From assembly GCF_009914755.1 (NCBI RefSeq), contig NC_060941.1: a stretch of 64,000 bases of DNA; one strand, written 5' to 3'. A program made the translations under genes and the position numbers. The stretch is from the human T2T-CHM13v2.0 reference genome, Homo sapiens. A model generated the notes under the pieces. That model saw only the letters and a program-made list of their open reading frames with translations. It did not search any database and was not told the origin of the DNA. Shown here in pieces: positions 1 to 16,331 of this stretch (within the stretch, counting starts at the first letter, position 1; every line of letters starts with the position of its first letter).

Positions 1-240
1 TCCTCCATACTCAGGACTCCTCTCCGCAGTTCCTGTCTCTTCTCTTAATGTAATCTCTTTTATGTGCTGTATTATTGTATTAGGTGTTATTTCCATTATT
101 TATATTAGTTTAGCCAAAGGATAAGTGTCCCCTATGGGGATGGTCCACTCTCACTCTTTCTCTGCTGTTGCAAATACATGGATAACACCGTTAATTCCAT
201 GTGTTTTCATAATAAAACTTTAAAATAAAATGCAAACAGT
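1..240 (+). other. CCL4L2: 3' UTR (end of last exon) of a CCL4-like chemokine gene, CCL4L1/CCL4L2 type; CDS lies left of the window
   Basis: Matches the CCL4 3' UTR as I recall it (CCTCCATACTCAGGACTCCTCTCCGCAGTTCC...GGATAAGTGTCCCCTATGGGGATGGTCCAC...CATAATAAAACTTTAAAATAAAATGC), with substitutions (TAATGTAATCTC, ACACCGTTAATTCCATG) that fit CCL4L better than CCL4. Context (TBC1D3 ~41 kb downstream) agrees. L1 vs L2 cannot be told from the UTR. Confidence 0.82.
211..229 (+). terminator. Tandem polyadenylation signals of CCL4L
   Basis: AATAAA at 211-216 and 224-229, followed by a T/GT-rich tract from ~239. Confidence 0.8.
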
Positions 241-1664
241 TTCTTTGTGATTTTAATTTGATTTGGGGGTAAAAGGAATTGCCTGGTACCATTGGGCGGT
301 GGGGCAAGCTACAGTTTCCAAAAGCAGTAAGAATGCGCAATTGCTGAGTCCTTAATATGAGCTCTGGGCTGAACACTCTTAATACATGATCTCACTGCGT
401 ACTTTCAACAAGGGTTTTAACACCCTTATGAAGTAGGGACTGTTGCCCCCAGTTTCACAGTTAAGGAAAGAGAGGCACAGAGAGGTGAAGTGACTTGCTG
501 AGGCTAGTAGGTCTGCTTGGGGAGTGTCATGAAAAAATGCCTTTAAAAAGGAGGTTATCATTTCAACATCTTGTGGGGGGAGTTGTAAAGAGGGGAAGCA
601 GCACAGCAAAGGCGGAAGAAGAGTGAGAAAAGTGACTTCATCATATTATTATCAGCATAACATTGGGAAAGTCATCTTGCTTTATTAGACCTCAGTGTTC
701 ACAAGTGTGAAATGTAGATAATATTAACATTTATCTACATAAATGTTACGTAGATTTATGTAGATAAAGGGCTGTTTATCTACATATGAAGGGCTGTTAC
801 GAGGTGATGTGTAAAGCACCCATCATGGGACTGGGCACCTGGAAGATTCTCTCCTTCCGCCTCTGAGCCTCAGCCTTTTCACTTAAAATGGACCTAACAA
901 TTGTCAGGATCATCATGAGGATTAGATTAGTTAGTTGACAGATCAGCACTCTAAAGCCCAAGTTACTGTGAAGTGTTGTCATGATGATAGAAGGATGGAG
1001 GTCTGGTTTTGTTTGGAAGTGTTGCAGGAGTAACCTAAAGCCACTTCTACTTAATTATCCTTCAATCAGTACTCCCATTCCATGGGTCAGAGACTACATG
1101 GCTCTGAAATTGAATTACATGCACAATAAAGCCTGATCCACGGGACATAGACTCATGGTCTACTAAAGCTAAAAGGAAACTTTAGACCATCTGGTCCAAC
1201 CCTCTCATTTTATGGAAACTGAGGGAGAAGGCCTGGGAAGTAACTTGCCACGTGCCACTCAACGAGTACATAGCAGAGCAGGAGCCTGGCCAGTGCCAGC
1301 TCCCAAGCTCAGGCCCTTTCCTGCACACATTCCCTAGTGACACACCTCTGTGGTCCTCAAAAGGGAGACCGGTTGAGTAAGGACAAGGCAGAGACTACCT
1401 TGAAAATCATTTGAGTGTTGTTAGTCCTGTGCAAAAGCAGAACTGGGGCCCTGTACTTCTCTGGGGTCAACAGACACAATTCCTTTCTTTGTCCTGCCCT
1501 TAGTCACCTCCGTCATTCCAGAGCCCCAGTGGAAACTTACTTCAGATTCTGCGGGCACTGAGAGAAGGAGGTTAGGGGGCAGAGCTGATCCAAAACAGGT
1601 GTGGGAAGAGGCTAGCAGCAAAGAATGTGCCTGGCCATAGTTTCTGCTTTCATTTGCCTAGATC

Positions 1665-1885
1665 CGAGCTATCTAATATGTTAGCCACTGGCCAAAGCGG
1701 CTATTTACATTTTCATTACATTTAATTAAAATGAAATAAAATTTAAAATTTAGTTCCTGAGTCACACTAGTCACATTTCAAGTGCTCAGTAGACCTTGGT
1801 AACATGGCTAGTTACCAGGTTAGACAGCATGCATTATGGACTTTCTGTCCATCATTGCAGAAAGTTCTGTTGGAGAGCAGTCTCC
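1665..1885. mobile_element. MER3-like hAT-Charlie DNA transposon relic
   Basis: AATATGTTAGCCACTGGCC...TCACATTTCAAGTGCTCAGTAG...CATCATTGCAGAAAGTTCTGTTGGA resembles MER3; boundaries approximate. Confidence 0.6.
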
Positions 1886-2046
1886 TAGAATGTTCTCAGA
1901 GCCTAAAGAGAGTGAAGGGAGGAGCAGTTGGGATGGTCTGTAAGATTAGGGTGCAGATTTGGAGAAAGATACACAATTCTATTCTGAGGGGACGGGATGG
2001 GAGAGAGAATGGATGACCCCAAGCCAGAGACAAGGTATAGATCACT

Positions 2047-2524
2047 ATGGTAGCTGAATAATGGCCCCCAAGACATCCACATCCTATTCCCCAGAACCTG
2101 TGAATGTCAATTTGTATGGCAAAAGGGACTTTGGAGATATGATCAAGTTATGGATCTTGAGATGGAGTGATTACCTTGAATTATCTGGTCAGGCCCTAAA
2201 TGTAGTTGTGAGTGTCCTTACCAGAGGAAGGAAGAGAAAAATTTGGTAATAGAGGAGAAGGTAGCAATGTGACAGCAGAAGCAAGATGCTATGCTACCAG
2301 CTTGGAAGATGGAAGAAGAGGCCAGGAGTGAAGAGGTTTTAGGATGCAGCTCTAGAAGCTGCAAATGGCAAGGAAATTGTTCCTCCCCTAGAGCCTCCAA
2401 AGGGAGTGTCCCAGTGAATCTAATTTCAGACTTCTCACCTCCAGAACTTTTAGAGAATAAATATGTGGTCATAAGACACTAAGTGTGTGGTAATTTTTTG
2501 CAGCAGCAATAGGAAACAAATACA
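2047..2524 (+). mobile_element. MLT1 (MLT1D-like) MaLR solo LTR
   Basis: Begins ...GAATAATGGCCCCCAAGACATCCACATCCTA and ends GCAGCAATAGGAAACAAATACA, typical MLT1 termini; AATAAA near the 3' end. Confidence 0.7.
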
Positions 2525-3811
2525 ACCACCAACTGATGTGTCACTGATAGTGACCCCCAATAGCTCAGTGTGGCAGGAAAGGGAGCATTCTAGAGGGTGA
2601 GCCAAATCTCCCTGCAGGAGGAACCCAGGGTGAGAGGGACACACCTCAAGGAGATGAACTATAATGAGGAGAGGCATTCCAAGAGGAGATCTGCTTCAGC
2701 AACTGAGTTCTGGGGCTGAGGCTTGATCCAGGGTCCAAGACCCTTAGGAAGCATGCCTCTTCTTGAGACATCTAGGGTGCTCTGAGGGGTCCTGGATTCC
2801 TATCTGGGAAAGAGTCCATCCTCTCATCTGTCAGATGCAGCCCAGAGCAGAACCATGACCTGTCTCTGGTTCATTGTTAGTGAGCAGGCAGGGTTAGGGC
2901 CAGAGTCCCGGTATCCTCCCTCATGATGGAGTCCCTTTCCCAATCCTCCCTGCCCCTCAGCTAATGGAAAGGGAGGAGCTCAGCTCCACAGAGGCAAGGC
3001 CACCAGGGAAGGCTGCAGGAGGCCAGGGCAGCCTCATGAAGAAATGCTTACCAGGAATTACAAACAGCAGAATGGAATCCTCGAAGGGGCAATGTGGGAC
3101 TTCACCTGTTGCACAATATGAGACTGTTTTTTTCCTTTCTCCTCTTTTCATACAACTTCCTTTTCTCACCCTGGGCCCAGAGAGCTGGAATCTGCTTACT
3201 TGACGTTCCAGTTGAGGTTTCTCCAGGTTTCCGGGTGGGGGCAAAAGCCAGAACAGACAAAGCAGGACACTCGAAAGGAACTATGGATTATGGAGCAACT
3301 TCTAGGCATCCGGCCTATTTTCCTACTCCTTGCAGTGCCCACCTCCCCCAGCTCACTCTCCAGATGGGAGTCCATTTCCTTATGTACATGTTCCTTTAGG
3401 ACATGTTCATGCAAACATGTCTTTATCCCCCATCCCACCTCAACCTGGAACCCTCCATCATGCTCCCATTGACACAGGCATTTTCCTCCAAGGAGGCCAG
3501 GAGCCGAGCAAGCAGAGGCAGGGATCAAGGGAGCAAGATGAGCTGAGGATGGTGACATAGCCACAGTTCTTCCTGGAGGCTGAGACCAGAGACCAGCTGG
3601 CAGTCCTGTGCTGCAGTCTGCATTCACCCTTTACAGACTTGAGGGTCTTGGCGCCCTCTCTTTCCCACTTATCTCTACCTGTTCTCCCTTCTAAACTCCT
3701 TCTGTCTTGGGTTCCCAACTGAGTCTAGCATACAGGAAAATAGAAGAAAAGAATTGAGAGACAAAATCGTGGCTGCATTTTTCTACCTTTTAAATAGTTT
3801 CATTTTTAGAT

Positions 3812-4430
<619 letters not shown>

Positions 4431-4748
4431 ACATGATAAGTGTGTAAAATATATATATTCAGAAGGAATGAGAAAATCAAAATTAATTTTTTTCAGGGAA
4501 GATGGGCTTGATGGGACTTGATGGAGGATGGTCTGGGAGACTCTCCCCTTCTATGGAAACATTCCCAACTGGGAGACCAGCACAGCTGCAGGGAAATAAT
4601 TTCTTCAGGCAGTGTTAGCTGCTTCTAAATCTCAGGACCCTATGTCCCTGGGCTCCTCAAGGAGACATTTGTTATTTACAGTGACTCCTGATTCATTTGC
4701 TTAGGGGGTCCTCTTGTCTTTCTGCTAGGGACTTGGAAAAGGAGAGAG

Positions 4749-5008
4749 GGCCTAGCCTCCCAGCCTACATCTTTCTCCTCTGCTGGTTGTTTCCTTGTGA
4801 TCTTGTAAGTTAACACTTAATAAATCCCATATATATATGGGATTTATTAAGTGTTAACTTACACTTATATATATGTATATATATGTGTTATATATATAAT
4901 ATGTGTTATATAATATATACATATTAAATGTTAACTTACACATATATGATTTATTTGTATATATTATATATTTATATATATCCTAATATGTGTGTATATA
5001 TATATCTA

Positions 5009-5047
<39 letters not shown>

Positions 5048-5102
5048 ATATATATATATATATCCTATTAGTTCTGTCCCTCTAAGAGGACCCTGACTAA
5101 TC
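4749..5102 (+). mobile_element. Partial MLT2A LTR (5' LTR of HERV-L), 5'-truncated and internally deleted, with an expanded (TA)n/(TATC)n tract
   Basis: GGCCTAGCCTCCCAGCCTACATCTTTCTCC...TTAACACTTAATAAATCCC-(TA)n-TATCCTATTAGTTCTGTCCCTCTA...CCCTGACTAAT, directly abutting the HERV-L internal start GATTTTGGTACCAGGAGTGG. Confidence 0.8.
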
Positions 5103-8100
5103 CAGATTTTGGTACCAGGAGTGGTTCTAGAGAAATGGAATATTAAGAGTGGAGTTCTTTCATTGGTTTTGGGTTTTCTAGAGTTGGCTGCTTAATATGG
5201 TTAGACCCCAAAATGCTAAGGACTCTACGTCTAATAGTATGGAGAACACTGATAGTCCTTGGTGTGAACTGTTTAGAGAGTTAAGCAAAGTAAATGCATT
5301 TGGCACTCCTGATTCACTGCTCATGAGAGGCAAGGAGTTTAGTGACTCTATACATAATACCTTTGACCATATGTGGAGAACCAAGGAACATAATGAAGCT
5401 GGTTGGTTGCTCCTGAGTTCAATAGACAAAGTGATGAAAGAAAACGATGAGCTCAGGGATTATGTCTCCTGGCTTCAGAAGCAGATACTGAGCCTCAAAT
5501 CTGCTAAGATTGCCCTGAGTGAGACCCTTATCTTCTGTAGAGAAAGAGCTGAAATTGTGAAAAAACAAACACAAATTCTTATCATGCAAGTGGCTGACCT
5601 GCAACAAAAGGTGCATGTACAGACTCACTAGGTGTCTACTGTTAAAGTGAGGGCATTGATTGGAAAAGAATAGGACCCTGCAACTTGGAATGGGGAAATG
5701 TGGGAGCACTCAGATGAAGCTGGGGACACTGAGTTTGTAAACTCTGATGAACCTTTTTTGCCAGAAGGAACAGCTTCCCCATCCCCAGTAGTAGCAACAT
5801 CCACTCCCGACCCGTGGTGCCATCAGCCTTTCCACCTTTGTCTGAGGAGATAAACCCTGTGCTGCCTGAGGCAACAGTGATGGCCTCCTCTGAGGCAGTT
5901 GCCAGGCAAAATAATGTTGATTCTCCTCAGGAGCCACCCCAACACCCCTGTTTCGTGGTCCACTACATTGATGACAGTCTAGACCTGTAACTAGACTAAA
6001 GTCTGGTCCATTACATTGATGACAGTCTAGACCTGTAAATAGACTAAAGTCCCAGTGGGCCCCTGGAGGTGAGGTTGAGAGTGTGATCCATGAGGAGGTG
6101 CACGGCACTTCAAAAGAACTGTTTGAGTTCTCTAATTTATAAAAACAGCAATCTGGAGAACATGCATGGGAATTGATATTAAGGGTATGGAATAATGGTG
6201 GAAGGAACATAGAGTTGGATCAGGCTGAATTTATTGATTTGAGCCCCTAAGTAGGGATTCTGCATTTAATGTTGCAGCTTGGGGAGTTACAAAAGATTCT
6301 AATAGTTTATTTGCTTGGATAGCTGAAATATGGATTAAAAGATGGCCCACTGTGAGCAAGCTGGAAATGCCTGATCTCTCTTGGTTTAATGTAGAGGAAG
6401 GGATCCGAAGGCTTAGGGAGATTGGGATGGTGGAGTGGATTAGTCACTTTAGACCTACTTATCCCAGTGGGGAGGGTCCCGAAGATATACCCTTGAACAA
6501 TAGCTTGCGAAACAGATTTGCAAGCATGGCACCAGCATCTTTGAAGAGCCCTGTGATTGCTCTTCTCTGTATGTCAGATCTAACGGTGGGAACTGCAGTC
6601 ACTCAACTACAAAATTTAAATACAATGGGAATAATTGGATCCCAAGGTAGCAGGGGCTAAGTGGCAGCACTCAACCATGAAAGGCAAGGTGGGCATAACT
6701 ACTGTAATGGACAGCAGAGGCAAAGTGGCAATCAGAATAGTCTGACTCGTGTAGAGCTCTGGCATTGGCTAATTAATCATGGTGTTCCTAGAAGTGAAAT
6801 TGATAGGAAGCCTACTGCATTCCTACTTAAATTATACAAACAAAGAACTTCCAGGTCAAATGGACAAACGACTAATTTGAATCATAAAAACAGAGAATCA
6901 CGGCCCCTCAATCAATTTCCAGGATTGAGCCAGTTTAGAGACCCAAAAACCCTTGAATGAAGCGGAGGCCGGGTCCCCTTGAGGAAGGACCCCACTACAT
7001 TACTGACAATTTATGCAGTGAATCTTTCTCCCACCCTTCCCCAAGGAGACCTCCAGCCTTTTACCAGGGTGACTGTGCACTGGGGAAGGAGAAATGATCA
7101 TATATTTTGGGGACTTCTGGACACTGGCTCTGATTTGGCGTTGATTCCAGGGGACACAAAATGTCACTGTGTTCCTCCAGTTAAATTAGGGGCTTATGGA
7201 GGTCAGGTAATTAATGGAGTTTTAGCTCAGGTCCAACTTACAGTGGGCCCAGTGGGTCCCTGGATTCATCCTGTGGTCATTTCCCCAATGACAGAATGTG
7301 TAATTGGCATAGATATATTCAACAGCTGGCAGAACCCCTACATTGGCTCCCTGACTGGTAGGGTGAGAGCTATTATGGTGGGAAAGGCCAAATGGAAGCC
7401 ATTAGAGCTGCCTCTACCTAGAAAAATAGTAAATCAAAAACAATATCACATCCCTGGAGGGACTGCAATTAGTGTCACCATCAAGACTTGAAGGATGCAG
7501 GGATGGTGATTCCCAACACCTCTCCATTCAAGCCTCCCATTTGGCCTGTGTGGATGACAGATGGACCTTGGAGAATGACAGTGGATTATCATAAGCTTAA
7601 CCAAGTTGTGACTCCAATTGCAGCTGGTTTCCAATGAAACCAGATGTGATTTCATTGCTTGAGCAAATTAACATGTCTCCTGGTACCTGGTATGCAGGTA
7701 TTGACTTAGCAAATGCCTTTTTCTCCATTCCTGTCCATAAGGCCCACCAGAAGCAATTTGCCTTCAGCTGGCAAGGTCAGCAATATACCTTTACTGTCCT
7801 ACCTCACGGGTATATCAACTCTCCAGCTTTGCGTCATAATCTTATTCAGAGAGACCTTGATCACTTTTTGCTTCTGAAAGATATCACACTGGTCCATTAC
7901 AATGACATTATGATGATTGGATCCAGTGAGCAAAAAGTAGCAAACACACTGGACTTATTGGTGAGACATTTGCATGCCAGAGGATGGGAAATAAATCTGA
8001 CTAAAATTCAGGGAACTTCTACCTCAGTAAAATTTCTAGGGATTCAGTGGTATGGGCCCTGCCGAGATATTCTTTCTAAAGCAAAGGATAACTTGCTGCA

Positions 8101-9915
8101 TTTGGCCCCTCCTACAACCAAGAAAGAGGTACAATGCCTAGTGCGCCTATTTGGATTTTGGAGACAACACATTCCTCATTTGGGTGTGTTACTCTGGCCC
8201 ATTTATCTAGTGACCTGAAAGGCTGCCAGTTCTGAGTGGGGTCCAGAACAGGGGAAGGCTCTGCAATAGGTCCAGGCTGCTGTGCAAGCTGCTCTGCCAC
8301 TTGGACCATAAGACACAGCAGGTCCAGTGGTGCCTGAAGTGTCAGTGGCAAATAGGGATGCTGTTTGGAGCCTTTGGCAGGCTCCCATAGGTGAATCACA
8401 GCAGAGGCATCTAGGATTTTGGAGCAAGGCCCTGCCATCTAGTTCAGATAACTACTCTCCTTTTGAGAGACAGCTCTTAGCCTGTTACTGGGCTTTGGTG
8501 GAAACTGAACGTTTGACTATGGGTCATCAAGTCACCATGTGACCTGAACTGCCTGTCATGAACTGGGTGTTTTCTGACTTATCTAGCCATAAAGTGGGTC
8601 ATGCACAGCAGCATTCCATCATCAAGTGGAAGTGGTATATATGTGATCAGGCTCAAGCAGGTCCTGAAGGCCAAGTAAGTTACATGAGGACATGGCTCAA
8701 ATGCCCAGGGTCTTCACTCCTGCCACCTGCCTTCTCTCCCCCAGCCTGCACTGATGGCCTCATGGGGAGTTCCCTATGATCAGTTGACAGAGTAACAGAA
8801 GACTAGGGCCAGGTTCACAGACGGTTCTGCATAATACACAGGCACCACCCAAAAGTGGACAGCTGCAGCACTACACCCTCTTTCTAGGACATCCCTGAAG
8901 TATAGCGGTGAAGGGAAATGTTCCCAGTGGGCAGAATTTTGAAAAGTGCACCTGGTTGTGCACTTTGCATGAAAGGAGAAATGGACAAATGTGCAATTAT
9001 ACACTGATTCCTGGGCTGTAGCCAATGGCTTGGCTGGATGGTCAGGGACTTGGAAGAAGCATGATTGGAAAATTGGTGACAAAGAAATTTGGGGAAGAAG
9101 TATGTACATGGACCTCTCTGAATGGTCAAAAACTGTGAAGATATTTGTATCTCATGTGAGTGCTCGAGTGACCTCAGTGGAGGGGGAGTTTAACAATCAA
9201 GTGGAGAGGATGAGCCGTAATGTGGACATTACTCAGCCTCTTTCCCCAGCCACCCCTGTCACCGCCCAATGGGCCCATGAACAAAGTGGCCATGGTGGCA
9301 GGGATGGAGGCTACACATGGGTTCAGCAAGATAGACTTCCACTCACCAAGACTGACCTGGCTATGGCCACTGCTGAGTGTCCAATTTGCCAACAGAAGAG
9401 ACCAATATTGAGCCCTCAATATGACACTATTCCTCGGGGTGATCAGCCAGCCACCTGGTGGCAGGTTGATTATATTGGACCTCTTCCATCATGGAAAGGG
9501 CAGAGGTTTGTCCTCACTGGAATAGACACTTACTCCTGATATGGGTTTACCTATCCTGTATGCAATGCTTCTGTCAAGACTACCATTTGTGGACTCATGA
9601 AATTGCCTTATCCACCAGCATGGAATTCCACACAGCATTGCCTCTGACCAAGGCACTCACTTTACAGCTAAAGAAGTGTGGCAGTGGGCTCATACTCATG
9701 GAATTCACTGGTCTTACCATGTTCTCCATCATCCTGAAGCAGCTGGATTGATAGAATGGTGGAATGGCCTTTTGGAGTCACTATGACAATACTTTGCAGG
9801 GCTGGGGCAAAGTTCTCCAGAAGGCCATGTATGCTCTGAATCAGCATCCAATATATGGTACTGTTTCTCCTATAGCCAGGATTCACAGGTCCAAGAATCA
9901 CGAGTCCAAGAATCA
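5103..9915 (+). mobile_element. HERV-L (ERVL) internal region: defective gag-pro-pol, truncated in the integrase 3' part; no dUTPase or 3' LTR visible
   Basis: ORF fragments: gag-like 5197-6960 (MENTDSPWCEL..., LWHWLINHGVPRSEID); protease LLDTGS (6979-7491); RT IDLANAFFSIP...LPHGYINSP (7634-8218); RNase H YTDSWAVANGL; integrase HEQSGH...CPIC and WQVDYIGP (8991-9539). Many in-frame stops and frameshifts. Confidence 0.93.
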
Positions 9916-10191
9916 ATTTGATTACTTTAATGTAAATGAGATTATACCATACTCTCTTCTCTGTCACTTCCTATTTTCATGTAATTTATGTTAGACATCT
10001 GTCGATGTCAGTATAAATAGATCTAGATCATTTTTTATAGTTGTATAGCTTTCATTACTTGGATGTTTCACAATTTACTTAGCTAACTACCTATTGTTGG
10101 ACATTTGGTTATTTCCAAATTTTTGCTATTTCATATAATGCTGCGCTTATATAAAATATAGTTCTATATAATTATGTTTAATTATGTACTA

Positions 10192-10479
<288 letters not shown>

Positions 10480-11069
10480 TCACACCACGGCACTCCAGCC
10501 AGCGCGTCAAAGGCCCTGTCTGAAAAAAAAGGAAGAAGCGGGGGCGGCAAATAAGTAGAGTATACGCCACCTCATCCAACCTTACTGGAACCAGTAGTTG
10601 ACTGGTTAATCAGTCCAACCAAGGAAGCATTAAAAACTGATGCATGTGCCGGGCATGGTGGCTCACGCCCGCAATCCCCGCACTTTGTGAGACCGAGGCG
10701 GGCTGATCACCTGAGGTTAGGAGTTTGAGACCAGCCTGGCCAACATGGTGAAACCCTGTCTCTACTAAAAATACAAAAGTTAGCCATGCATGGTAGTACA
10801 CGTCTGTAATCCCAGCTACTCAGGAGGCTGAGGCAAAAAAAGGAGAAGAAATGCTATGTGAAGCCTTTTTATAAGCACATTAATTTCATTCACGAGGGCA
10901 GAGCACTCATGACCTAATCACCACCTTGAAAGCCTCACTTCTTAACATCATCACATTAGGTCTTAGGTTATAACATGAATTTTGGAGGACTCCAGAAAAA
11001 AAAAGTGAAAGACAACCCACAGAATGGGAGAAAATACTTGCAAATTATATACAAAGTAGGCTCACTTTA

Positions 11070-11219
<150 letters not shown>

Positions 11220-11540
11220 TTACCCAGATGTGGTGACATGTGCCTGTGGTCCCAGCTACTTGGGAGGTTGAGGTGGGAGAATCACGTGAGCCCAGGAGGT
11301 TGAGGCTGCAGTGAGCCAAGATAACATTAATGTATCCCAGCCTGGGCGATAGACCGAGACCTTATCTCAAAAAAAAAATATATATATATGTATATATTTA
11401 TTTATCTACCTATATATTCATATATAGATATAGATTAATATAGATATATAAACATATATTTATAGATATATAGATACATAAATATATAGCTATATATAAA
11501 TATATATTTATAAATATATAGATATATATGTAACAAAATA

Positions 11541-12124
<584 letters not shown>

Positions 12125-12203
12125 TATCTGACAATGGACTTGGATCTAGAATACATAAAGAACTCTTACAACTTGATAATAAAAAGGATATAACCCAATT
12201 TTA

Positions 12204-12434
<231 letters not shown>

Positions 12435-12437
12435 TCA

Positions 12438-12985
<548 letters not shown>

Positions 12986-13889
12986 AAACATCATTAGCCA
13001 TCAGGGAAGTGCAAATCCAAACCATGTTAAGATACCACTTCACACTCACAAGAATGGCTATAATAAACAGACACATAATAACAAGTGTTGGAGAAAATGT
13101 GGAAAAATTGAAACACTCATATGTTGCTGGAGGGAATGTAAAATGCTTTGCAATGAAGTTGGAACTGCTTTGGAAATAGTCTGGCAGTTCCTCCAAAGCT
13201 TAAACATAGAGTTATCATATGACCTGGCAATGCCAGGCTTCATCGTATTCCCAAGGGGAAGGAAAACATATGTCCACACAAAAACTTATACATGAATGTT
13301 CATAGCAGCATTATTCATAATAGTCAAAAAGTAGAGACAGCTGGGTGTGGTGGCTCCCAACACTTTGGGAGGCCAAGGCGGGAGGATTGCTTGAGCTCAG
13401 GAGCTCGAGACCAGCCTGGCCAACAGAGTGAAATCCGATCTCTACTGAAAATACAAAAATCAGCGGGACATGGTATACGTGCCTGTAATCCCAGCTACTT
13501 GGGAGGCTGAGGCAGGTGAATGGCTTGAATCCAGGAGGCGGAGGCCGCAGTGAGCCAAGATCACACCACCGTACTCCAGCCTGAGTGACAGACTGAGACT
13601 CCATCTCAAAAAAAAAAAAAAAGTGATAAACAGATAAATGAAATGTGTTATATTCCTACAACAGAATATTACTGAGCCATAAAAAAAAGGAAATAAGTAC
13701 TGACACATGCTATAACATGAATGAACCTTGAAAACATTAGGTTACTTGAAAAAAGCCAGTCACAAAAGATCACAAATTGTATGGTTCCATTTATATGAAA
13801 TGTCCAAATAGGCAAATCCTATCCTAAAAGAAAGTAAATTAGTGGTTGCCTAGGACTGAGGGATGGAGGAAATGGGGAGTGACTGCTCA

Positions 13890-14341
<452 letters not shown>

Positions 14342-14492
14342 CTAGTGTGGAAGGACTCAGTGGGAAGGAAAAGAAATGAGGGCACAGTAGTGGGCAGGGC
14401 CAAGATAAAATAAAGCCATATGCATACTGCTACATTTTTTCCTTGCTAACATATTTCATTGAATGTAGACAAAACTTATTATAAAGACATAA

Positions 14493-14864
<372 letters not shown>

Positions 14865-15396
14865 TAAGATTGTCAGGTGCTTTCTGGACAGGAAATGCCT
14901 TAATTTATGACTCAAAATACAAACAAGTGTAGGTGATCAAATGCATATCTATGTCTTCAATGGAAATATATATACATACAAGTCATTAACGAAGACAAAT
15001 GAGAACATGAAATTCATGACCTATTTTCCTTTCCATCACCTAGCCCCCTAAAGGAGAGATCTTTTTCATTCAGAGCCCTGGGTTTTGTTTTGTTTCATGA
15101 TTTGCTTTTTTTTTTTTTAAATAAGAGTTTATTTATTTATTTATTTGAGACAAGGTTTCACTCCCATCAGCCAGGCTGGAGTGCAATGGCGTGAACTCAG
15201 TTCACTGCAACTTCTGCCTCCTGGACTCAAGTGACTCTCTTGCCTCAGCCTCCTGAGTAGCTGGGACTACAGGCACGTGCCGCTGCATCCAGCTAATTTT
15301 TTGTAGAGACAGGGTTTCACCATGTTGGCCAGGCTGGTCTTGAACTCCTGAGTTCAAGCGATCCGTCTGCCTCTGAGTCTCAAAGTGCTAGGGTTA

Positions 15397-15861
<465 letters not shown>

Positions 15862-16042
15862 CTATATAATAAATATTGCAATACTTTATTTATTTATTTA
15901 TTTATTTTTCGAGATGAGGGTCTCGCTGTGTTGCCCAGGCTAGTCTTGAACTCTTGGGCTCAAGGGCTTCTCCTGCCTCAGCCTCCCCAGTGGCTGGGCT
16001 AATAGGCACACACCACCATGCCCAGCTCTACATACTGATTTT

Positions 16043-16331
<289 letters not shown>

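Noticed and set aside
2848-2865. 18-bp exact inverted match to 63168-63185 (CAGAACCATGACCTGTCT)
   Set aside because: Does not extend on either side; plausible by chance in 64 kb.
5956-6051. Tandem 48-bp units as a CRISPR-like array
   Set aside because: Only two contiguous copies, no unique spacers, eukaryotic ERV context.
5197-9994. HERV-L ORF fragments as a functional or domesticated gene
   Set aside because: Broken by many stops and frameshifts; RT YIDD reads YND; longest fragment is under 200 aa.
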